A stretch of DNA of 63,967 nt, the filler included, from Diploschistes diacapsis (Eukaryota), in assembly GCA_023645945.1 (NCBI GenBank). It is 4 parts of 4 records of this genome, joined end to end, with 100 filler letters (N's around TTAATTAATTAA, not from the genome) between each part and the next. Parts side by side here need not be neighbours in the genome. Positions count along the whole stretch, not along the records: positions 1 to 16,608 come from JALAIB010000497.1; 3 more parts are not named here. The stretch is one strand, 5' to 3'. Positions 1 through 10,222 of this stretch are shown here, piece by piece. The position numbers and the translations under genes are program-made. The notes below the pieces were generated by a model. The model did no database searches. It saw nothing but the letters and a program-made list of their open reading frames with translations, and had not been told where the DNA came from. Position 1 is the stretch's first letter; each line of letters opens with the position of its first letter.

Positions 1-683
1 GGGGAGAGGAGGTTGGTGGGTGATGAGGATTGGGGCGAGGGAAAGAGTTGGAGATGGGGGAATTGAATTGAGGATTGGGAGGTTTTTGGTATCGGAGATG
101 AAGAGTGCGGGAAGTATTTGGATGATTGTACTAGAAAAATCCTGTGCTGAAGGGGGATTTGGTAAAGGGGTTTGTTAGTCCAAAGGTGCTAGAGTACTAT
201 TCTTTGCTAGGAAATGATACCCCAATATAATAATATAGCACACCCAGAGTCGGTATTCTCCTTAAAGTTTATTAAGAAAAAGCATCAAAACCTAAGAGAT
301 TAGGCTGTCCATTCGCAGATGGTCCGAGAAGCTTGTTTTTCCATCAATAAAAGTATTCGCTAGTCATGTTTATGGAAAGTACGTGGGAATACAGATATTG
401 GTACAGAAGTATCTATCTGAATCTATGTACTAGTCCAGACAAACTACACTACATGCTCCTCTGCTGACAAAATCCAAGACGAAGCCATTCCAAAGATCTG
501 TGCCATGCATGTGCAAGCGAGCTCGGAATCCAATCCATACAAATACTCATAGCCAGGGTAAAACAAATGAAGACCAGAAGCGCTTGCCTAACAAGACCCG
601 ACAATATCGCCTGCCTCTCACATTACAAACAGGCATGCCCACAAACCGCAAGTACAAGGCCAATCCTCCAAACGCTCCTCTGT

Positions 684-2650
684 CTACCCACCAGCCTTCG
701 TCATGTTCGTAAGCCCAACCCCGGCGTCCACCTCGCCGTCTCTGACCATAACGACACCTCCCCAAACAGCCTAGACAATCCACGTTAGCCATTCCCTCAC
801 CCCTCTGCTCCCCTCCCACCTCCTTGCCTGCTCCACCGCTCCACTACTCCAGATACGGCCAAGACAAATCCACGTACCTGAAATTGCGTGCCTCCGCTCC
901 CCACTGCGCCCGCCATCCAATCATCGTTCCATGCGCCCCCACTCCCCGTCCGAACCCTCCACTTCTCCTCCCCCGTCTCCCAGTCCAGCGCAACACCGTA
1001 CCAGACCCAGAGCCCCTGTTTAGCGAGATCTTCGTCCTGCGTGTACCCGTACACCAGGCCCGTTTTGGTGCTCAACACGGGCACGGCTTTCATGCGCAGG
1101 GGATTGCTCCATTTGACGCCACACTTCGTGGTCAGCGAACTTGTAGCTGCGGTGCTGCTGCTGCTGTTGTTGTAGGCTGGGTCGGAAGTAGAGGGAGTCG
1201 AGAGGGCAGCGGACACGTCGACCCTCACCAAGCCTCCTGGCATCCCGCTCATGTTGTTCCAGGACCCGTTTAGGTCTTCGTCGACGCCACGGTAGAGTGG
1301 CGGACCGTTGTATGTATTCATAAGCAACAAGCTGCTCGTTCCTTTTCCATCCGAGTGTGCAAGGGCGCCCAGATCCGTAGCACTAGCGCCGGGCTCGAAT
1401 AGCGGTACCGAGCACACTGGCTCTATTTGGATAGCCGCGTTAGGATCCAAGTTCGTACTGAGGTTGCCTGAAGAAAAAGTGGATAGTTGCTGCGGATAAA
1501 TCATCAACGCGATCTGGTCGTCCGAATTGTCCGTAACAGCGACGAACAAGTGCTCGAGGAGCGCGGGAGTGGTACCCGAGCCCCTAGCGAAGCCGCCGGG
1601 TTTCAGACGCGAGCCAGCTGGATAAGGGGATTGCCAAAGGGTCCGCACCTGCAGTTCGTTGGATGACGAAGAAGTTTCAGACTCCGACATAAGAGTCGAT
1701 GCTGTGAACGCATACATCCAGCCTGTCGCATTTGTCGTGTTTGCCGCCCCCGAAGGGCCTGTGACGATATACGCACTGTGGTTCGAGAGCGCAATGCCGT
1801 TCTCTATGAATTGATCCTGTAGTCGCGTATAGGCGATCGTATTGTCGGACGCCAGCACGCCGATCACTGCGGTCGATTGCGGGGGATCCCCCATCCCAAG
1901 AATGCCGCCTGTGGTAAACCAGATGTTGCCTGAAGAGTCGAACATGGCATTCAGGATGTACTCTGCCGGCCGGAGGACGCCGTCGGCGAGGAGGTCGACT
2001 GAGCGATTCAATGTGAACGTTGGCGACCCGGTGGCGTCAGAACGGTGGACGACGTAGATTTTTCCTTGCTGAGAAGTTATGAGAAGGATATCGTTGGTTA
2101 GGGAGAGTTCCATGTACGGAATATTAAGTGTCTCATTTGCGGTTGGCGGAGACCAGGTGGAGAGGACACGGAGAGTTGCTGGATCGAGGGCTGCGAGGCT
2201 ATAGGCAGGGAGGCCACCGTGCCAGGCGCCAGCTTGGGCGGAGGTTAGGCGACCATCGGAGTGCCAGAGGAGGATGGGAAGATTGACGGCCAGGCTGGAG
2301 GCGGTTGTATTGATACCGAGGGGACCGTGGTCGTCGACGCTACCAGTATTGCCACTATCTTGATGCATCAAGGTGGCGCTTGGACTGAAGCGGGCCTTGG
2401 GCTGTATGAGCTTGGCTGCCACGGCGGCCCCGGAAAAGGCGGAGCCAGCGAGCGGTTGGGAGTTCCGAATGGGGACGCCAGAGGTATTGGCTGTAGCAAA
2501 GACTTGGGAACGTTGCTGTTCGTCTGTCAGCCTGATCTACCCTGTGGTACCCCGTTGCTTGTATCTTACCGTCCCTCCGTTGGGGCTTGGGAGAGCTAGT
2601 ATAGTCCAATGGCACACAGATATCGTAAGATACCTGATTAGCAAGTTCAT
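684..2650 (-). CDS. Secreted beta-propeller-like hypothetical protein, 3 exons
   Basis: ATG 2650 gives signal-peptide-like MNLLIRYLTISVCHWTILALPSP. A 54-nt intron (GTAAGA..GCTGAC..CAG) joins it to the frame of ORF 797-2422. A second intron after GGTQFQ (GTACGT..GCTAAC..TAG) leads to last exon AVWGGVVMVRDG.., stop at 684. Propeller-like motifs FDSSGNIWFTT, ALDWETGEEKWR. Confidence 0.75.
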
Positions 2651-3420
2651 TAGAAACGAACACACTCAAAGGATTGGAGGGAGTGATATTAGCAATACAA
2701 AGTTGAGCAACTAGGTTCAAAGAAAAACAAACGGAAACGGAATGGAAAATGGAAAAGAAAAAGCAGAGACTTATGCACCATAAGAGTAATGCGGACATGA
2801 CAATCCCACCATATAGTGAATGAAGACATGAGAACGATCATCGTGAGAACGGTCATCTGGTCATGCATGATTCTCCAAAGAATTGACGATGTTTGCCAAC
2901 TTCCACATAGCCAGAGTATCGTGCAGCAGATTAATTCACTCCTTGACTAGTCTCAGAGGCTTCTAGGCATAATTGTAACAATAAACCAGGTAGAGGCAAT
3001 ATCCGAAGACTTTCCGTCATTCTATCACAGCAATCGAACTGCAAGCTTAGCTATGGACAAAGTGCCTCGGAGGAACCGGCGGCACCGGTGCCTGTGGTCT
3101 TGACGAGAAATCCCTGAGTGCTGCGCAAGAAGATGATTTTCCAGTTCTGCTTGTGTCCACAATTGTGAAAAGAACCGCACTTACAACACCTGATGCGGCG
3201 CAAAGTCTCTGACTGTCTTCCGAGCACGTAGTCCCAGATGACGATCCTATATTAGTAAGGTGAATCTAAAGCAAACAGCAGCTTGGCTGATTCAGACCTT
3301 CTGTAACCGCTTAGGGAGCAGTTGCGTAGATTTGTTGTACTTAAGACCACCGAGTCTCGAAAGTCTCTCATGCCTATGAACCATTATCGTAGTTTCCTTT
3401 GATGATGCTGAGCACGCATT

Positions 3421-4015
3421 TTGACAAGAGATCTTGCTTCTCTTAGCGTGCATAAACATGGTTCGAGCAAGACCCTGTCTTTGGTATATTGGAATCTTGT
3501 CAACTCGCAGCCCGCAATTGATACGGAGGGCGATAACTTCACGGCCAAGGCGTGTGCTGACAAACTCTATATGCAAGATGTGCTGAGGATAACCAGGCTT
3601 GACAGCGGGAAGTTGGAGAGGAATCTTAGTTTCAAATATATGGCAGTCTCATATCGACATGGACCTTGAAACACTCTGAACAGTGATTCTTAAACCTCTT
3701 GATGCTCTAGAAGCTTGCAATGAACAGGTATGCTGAAATGGAAAGCGCGGATGCAGGGCTGCGAATACGGATGTGATGCGATGCAATTGCTGAAAAGCGA
3801 GCTGGAGAGCCAACAACTAGCAAACTGAGATGAACTACCCAATGAATATGGACGCTGGGAAACTTCTATCTCATCCATGTAAACTAAGTGTACTTGAATA
3901 TTGTCACTTACTACAACTTGCTAATCTCAAGATGATAGAACGAGGAATTTTGCTACTTGTAAGAAGCGAGGGTGTCGCAGCTCGAGGCCTGCAGGTCTCC
4001 CTGGTTCTTGGGTAA
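3421..4015 (+). pseudogene. Possible decayed HET-domain gene fragment
   Basis: KYMAVSYRHG resembles HET YxALSYxWG. Downstream LRIRM*CDAI resembles LWIDAxCI. Multiple stops and frameshifts. Weak. Confidence 0.2.
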
Positions 4016-4083
4016 TATCGAAAAAGAGCTTGATAGATTGTTCCCCATGTCATTCTTTCTTTCAATGTCGTGAAGGTAAAAGA

Positions 4084-4091
4084 TGACGTCA
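4084..4091. promoter_or_regulatory. CRE/ATF-type palindrome TGACGTCA
   Basis: Perfect palindrome about 210 nt upstream of the ATG at 4300. Confidence 0.4.
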
Positions 4092-4299
4092 CAGTTGGTA
4101 AAAAGGAAATCGATCGTGCTCGTCATCTCAATCGCATCCGAAAGATAAGCCCGAATCGCTTTGCTCGCTCCCCAGCAACTGCATATGCAAAAATGGTATG
4201 CCTGTGCGATTCGAGGACACTCTCTTCACCACTAGCCGTCGGTGTATGATGTCCTCGAGTCCTGAAAATCCGGCGCTCGACTCTTAACTACGAGTCGCT

Positions 4300-5184
4300 A
4301 TGCCGCCGTTACCTTCGCCACTAACGCCTACCTTGCTATCGGCTATCCGAAGCCAACCCCATCTCCCTTCGCATGCATGGTATTTCGTCGCTGGCGTCAC
4401 TCTGTCAGCACTCAACAGAGCGGACGACATAGCGGCTATCTTGAAACATGCCTTGGAGAAAGGCCCGGCTCACAATGACGCGAAGCCGGGGCATGACGAG
4501 CAATTGGTTATTGCGCGCAAGATGCGCGAGGCGTTAGTGAAGGCTGCAGCCATCGGAGGGCTCCCCAAGGTTTGATGCCTGTGGTCGATATTTTATCCAA
4601 TCAAGAGCAAGAAGCTCATGGTGGTACCAGACAATCAATGCACTGTTCGCGCTAAAAGGGGCAACGCCTTCGTCTTTGCTCGATGAGCCTTTGGGCTATT
4701 CGCCCACCGGAAGAGCGGTTGATGTCTACGATGTGCCTTCGTCGACGGTTCTGCATCGGGGCCAGATATTCTTCGACAAGGTGTATGGCAAGGTTTCGAA
4801 GCGCGTCATGGGCCAGATGGATCGGTCAGGCACTGAAGACCTAGGGTTGACGGCAAGGCTCATGTACGGATACATATTGAGCAATACGACCGTCTTGACG
4901 CCCGCAGAGAGCAGCTTCGTGCTTATAGCGGGTCTTATACCCCAAGACGTGAGAAGCTTGACGGCCAATCGAAGCAAGAGGGGCAATGCTGATCACATAC
5001 GCTTTAGGTCAATCCGCAATTAAAGGGGCATCTGAAAGGGGCACTAAACAATGGCGCAACTTTGGACGAGATCAAGGCCGTGCGCGCGGTGGTCATCAGG
5101 ATTTGTGAGGCTTCGGGGATGAGGAGGCTTCACGAGAAGTCAGCTAGCGGATGGGGATGGACAGATGAGGTTGCGGATCTCTAG
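4300..5184 (+). CDS. AhpD/carboxymuconolactone decarboxylase-like protein (yeast Pxp2/YJR111C-like), 3 exons
   Basis: Introns 4570-4630 and 4949-5007 join WYFVAGVTLSALN..REALVKAAAIGGLPK|TINAL..IPQD|VNPQLKGHLKGALNNGAT. Ends WTDEVADL, TAG 5182-5184. Confidence 0.85.
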
Positions 5185-8100
5185 GCGAATCGCAGTCGAT
5201 AGGCCCCCCCCCCATCTGTCCGTATATACATATTATTGTAGCGACATCATGCTCCTCTGGCGTATCGGAGCGAGGACGCCTCATCTCTGGGACCTTGCCA
5301 TTTCGGGTTGCTGATTGGCTCCACGGGAAAAATAAACGTTGATAATTTGTACTGGATCTCGAACAGTTGAACTGCTTCCAAACCTTGCCTAGTAGTATGA
5401 GTCTTGCAGGGTCCTCGATATCCTCCACAATTTGCGCCAGTAGGTAACAGCTCTCTAATGCCTACTGAGTCAAGTGCGGCTATATCATCTTCGAACTAGC
5501 AGATCAATCTCCTCTGTGTGGTAATTTGAATATCATGTTATGAAAGAGAACAAATTTCCGCGGAAAGCAAGTTGGTGAGCAACTTCAGATTATTCTGTGG
5601 ATCTGACCCAACGGTGTGCACACTGTATCTGTAAGCACCCTCTTACAAGTCGTTGGTTGCACTGGGCGGGGAACGTTTCTGGGAAGCTGTGGACGGGCTT
5701 GGAATGTGTGGCAATGGCCGGGTGGTTGGGGACTTGGGAAGGAAACTCTGCCCCTGGGGCCGTTCCGAAATGCGTCAAAGCATTAGCGACACAACTCACC
5801 TTGCATGAATCTGAAAGCTGATCAAGCATGGATGGAGAATGACTGTGCCTCTGTCCCAGCAGAGATTAATTCTTCGATAGTTGATGGGAAGAACGATGCA
5901 CTGCTTAGCTAAGCATTATAGGGTACACAGGTATTAGTTATAGCCCTACAAGGCAGAAGTCCCAAAAGGAATGGACTTCTAAGCTTGCTGCTTACTCATA
6001 CACAACAACGTGCTCGAGTTGCTTTTTCTTTTTCCGAAATGTGCATTGCCCACTGCGGGGACCTCCGAAGTCTCTTCTCTTACTACTGCGCTCCATGGTC
6101 CATGATCCATGATCCATGATCCCATTCACCCAAATTAGCTTCACACCCACCCAAAAAATGGAAAAAGATATATGGTCGTGGCTTTTCACCGCCCCTCTCC
6201 ATCTATTTTCATACTTCATCCTCCTCTTTTGCATGCGATCAAGTCGGTGTCCAAACAGGCTGCAAGCGGGATATTGTGGCAGCCTCCTCCCATGCCCTGC
6301 TAGCGAGGTGGGTATGCCGAATCAGGCCCGATAGTGTGGACCTCTCGCTTCTGCAAAGCTTGATTGTGAGCATGGTATGGTATGCATAGCCTGGCCGAAC
6401 CTTTTCAGGAAGAGAAGCCATGACGAGCCGTTGTGACACCATCTCAATGGCTTGGTCCGACATAGAGGTGTGACGCTATCCGTCGCTAGGACATCCGATT
6501 TCCAAAAGCGAAATACATCGACTCTATCTGTGCACCAAACCGCTCAAGTCTTAAATGAATGATAATGATTCGTGACCTGATACGGTGCAATGCACGTAAG
6601 CTCTCGCTTTACGACCACTGAAGCCCCACTAAACAATGGCAATCCAATGGCGTTGCTTGCGGGATGGGATGGGTCGTGACCGTTCAAAGACGGGACCCGC
6701 ACGCCAGACCACATTATTCGTCCGACTCAAGCTTACGGAGACTCGACTTCCAGCCTTATATGGAATGAGCTCCAGGTACGCAATGACTGTGTGATAGATT
6801 GATAATTAATACAGATACGCTCCGTACCCGACATAAAGTCTCCTCCACTTTGGGCATAACAGCCAAAGATGTCGAGTTGGAGCTCAAAGGATCAAACCAT
6901 ATGAGGTTACCCGAGACGCCAGTGCAAGGCAGACTCAATCCTACATCGGTTGATTGGGCAAACGGTGTAGCATCGATGCTGCTCTTCATTTGCTTTGAGA
7001 TTGGCTCATCTGCTAAAGCTCTCCCTTGCTCTGTACGGAGTAGAATGTTCTTACGTCCGTGTCGTTCGTATTGCTTACTTCAAGAAGGCTACAGTCCGCG
7101 GAGGATGCTACACGAATCAAGTCTATCGTATGGATGTTCAGTCGACGACTCGACGACTCGACGACAAAGCTTACTGTCGCCCTACCGCTGCAGACGTCTC
7201 AGCTCACACGAGGCTCGCGGATCGGGTCCTTGTGGTTGCCGGTAGGAACACGAGTTTGGCGATATGTAGGGCGGTTCCAAGAAAGTCAAGCTCGGAAGCT
7301 GCATCTCTACACACAATATACGCTCAAGGGTTCTTGTTCTTCTCCTTACAGGAGCACGGTATCTCTCGTATCATGACAAAGTTTCTGGCATCTCTTTGCA
7401 AGGATGCCGTTACGGGAAAGTATGGGTCGAGATGTGCGTACATGACAGATGCGGAATTGGTTCTAGAGTAATACTTCGCAGATTGGGCTTACGCACGCAT
7501 GGATACGATACGCGTTGCCGTTTCGTACAGGGTCGGGACAAGCTCACAGATAGCCATTTATCTAGTTGTGTTGAGCAATAAATGCCTACTGCTGTTGTTG
7601 AGCGTCGCAGCACATGCATGGCTGGGAAGCATGTTCGTATGCTCTGCGTCATATCCGTTTCGGGACTGTGCTGCATTAGGGAGAACGGTGTTCTCTGGGT
7701 GTGCGCACGCAAATTGGAAAGAGCAGCAAGGTTTGGGGATCTAGAACATGATGATTTTTTGGTACTGGCATCTCTTGCCTTGGTTGCATTCATTACCCCT
7801 TCGAGTGTACGAGGCAAAAGGGTTTGTGTGCTATGCGAACCCAGACCAGGCACCTCTTTGCGATCGTGGCTTTGTAAAATTTCGCAATGACGCGTAGTGC
7901 CCAGAGGAACAGGGAGGCTCCGAATTACTTACTCAGTTGCTCGCGATGGGCATATGGGGGAGTAAGCACCAAAGCATCTTGATCGCCATGTTTGACGTGC
8001 CGCATCACTCTGAAACAAGGCCCTGGGGAAGGGCACACCTGGCATGGTGGTCTACAGCAAATTTTCAGGTGACATACAGACAGACAGACACGTTGCGGCA

Positions 8101-8442
8101 AGCAAGCGTTGCAGGCGGTTAACAGCACGTTGTTGTGATCGACTGCTGACCTCCGTCACGTACAGAACAGGAAAAGGTGATTGTGGTGGTGGTGGGGCTT
8201 GCTCGTTTTACACAGACAAAGATAGGCACAACGCATAACAACACTAACAACACAACATTATTCTCGGGGCCTGCCTTTGGGAAATAGAGGGTAAAGGGGG
8301 GCCATGCAAAGCTTCGAGTGACGAGCAGGGATCAGCAACGTGGCTCAGCCCTTTTTGTACCAGATGGAAATGGCCGTAAAGAGAGCCAAAGAGAGCCAAA
8401 GAGAGCATACCGATATAGAGTGGGCCCGACAGGCTGGGAACT

Positions 8443-8517
8443 GTAGCCTGTAGCCTGTAGTCTGTAGTCTGTAGTCTGTAGTCTGTGTAGTAGTCTGTGT
8501 AGTAGTCTGTAGCCTGT
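8443..8517. repeat. Compound microsatellite (TGTAGCC/TGTAGTC)n
   Basis: Tandem 7-mer units visible directly in the sequence. Confidence 0.9.
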
Positions 8518-9328
8518 ACCCTCCTCTTCCCATCACACAATCAATCACAACTGACACGAATGTGCGGGATGTGACTCGCTTAACCGTAGTGGGTTACGGC
8601 CTCGCTTGACTTTCGCTCTGATTGGATACAAGGTGAAAAGAAAAGTGGTCTAGCTTCAGGTGTTCATTTACTAACTGTTTGCCTAACGCTGCTGGTGGTT
8701 GATAGCACACCGCCCACTCGCTAGACCTTTTGCACGTTCTTACCATCTTTCTGGTGGAATCTTCACCACCGCTTCGCTCGAAAAGGCGGAGACATGCACT
8801 GCATTATTCCCCAGAACTTATCTGTCCATCTTCGACGAGGAAATCTTCGAGACTCTGCATGCCCTACCAAGTGCTACCACCTTGCACGTATGGACTTGCA
8901 ACTGCAGTAAGCCTTAGGCCCTATCGAGTAGGAGCCTGCGAGTTGCGCAATAGCAGAGACAAAACGGTGGGTGCGAGCGTGCTCGAAGCTTGCGGGCAGG
9001 GGAACGAACAGCGGCTCCCGCTCGGAGCGAATTCGCTGTGTTCCTGCTACCGCTGCTGCGAAACACAGATCACCAGCTAATTTCATCCTTTCTGTAATTT
9101 AACCCATATTCTGATTCGAGGGGTTAGTAGATTATACTACGTCAGTAGATTTCTTTTTCAAAACAGTTGCTCTTTCCATCTGCCCTACAGGTTCAGGAGG
9201 ATGTTAGGGGGGAACACCAAGTAGTTATTGGAGAAATAGGGGAGTGTGTTTTTGTTCACCGCACTCTGCTCGTACACTAGCGGGCGCGACAGGGCTAGGT
9301 TGACGGCGGGAGTCACCCTTGCATAAAA

Positions 9329-9360
9329 ACCATACCATACCATACCATACCGTACCATAC
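9329..9360. repeat. (ACCAT)n pentanucleotide repeat
   Basis: Directly visible tandem units. Confidence 0.85.
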
Positions 9361-10222
9361 CTTTCCATACGGAAACACCTTGCCGTGCTGCAGCCCTACG
9401 AGTATGTAGGAAAATGTGACTACTAGCTACGTATGGAAATGAAATAAAAAGGAAAATAAAACTAGGCTAAGCTACCTCTGCCCCATGTTAGCACACCGTG
9501 TCGGTGACTTCCTCACACCCACCCCCTCTAAACTCGTGCTCACGCAAACACTTCACTCACTCCTCACTTACTCACTCACGCTCACAGAGAACTCTAATTC
9601 TACTTTCCCCCCAAATCCCGAACCATCGGCCCACAAGGCTACCGCTAAGCCTACCACACCCATGCTTCCCACCCTTGTCGCCGAGTTCCCCAAATCGCCC
9701 ATCACCACCATCACCACCACCACCACCACCCATCCAATCCCTCCAATGGTCAATGCTCTGTACATTTCTTATTGTTGTTTGCGTTGTTGCTATAAGTCGT
9801 TTCTGATGCCCACCTCCTCCGCCTCGCTTCACGATCACCATAGTCATCATCATCATCCCTACAACCATAACGTTGTTCATTTCGGCCTCCCTCTATCAGC
9901 CATCTACAACCATCTGTTAGGCCCAGGTCATTCTCGAAGTCAGGTATCGCCATTCGCCCTCACCATTCCAGCCTTGCACACTAAGCCGCAACCTATCCTT
10001 AAAGAGAGACTGATTTCTAATTCTGACCCTCGACCATCGAACAAGCCTAGTTGATCGAAGGAATTCCTTACTCAAACAGATTGAAAGGGGAACCCTAATT
10101 ATTTTTGAACCAGCCCACGCCGATCCTCTCATACTTACAGATAATCGTCTCTGCATCGGCTGCCATTACAGTGCTCTACCGTTATTCGCCGGTTCGAGCA
10201 GGTCTCTCCTAGGGCGGGGTCC

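Noticed and set aside
2355..2798. 147-aa ORF with hydrophobic N-terminus as the first exon of the propeller gene
   Set aside because: Splice phase requires the frame starting at ATG 2650. This ORF stays out of frame after the 54-nt intron.
6649..6705. GC-rich hairpin GGCGT..GGGTC..CCGT/ACGG..GACCC..ACGCC as an ncRNA
   Set aside because: Short interrupted stems, and no Pol III boxes or family motif. Compatible with chance.
5500..8300. Many 60-160 aa ORFs in the TF upstream region
   Set aside because: No codon bias, domains or consistent splice signals. Treated as regulatory intergenic DNA.
8380..8520. CRISPR-like or coding repeat array
   Set aside because: Simple microsatellite with no unique spacers, in a eukaryotic context.
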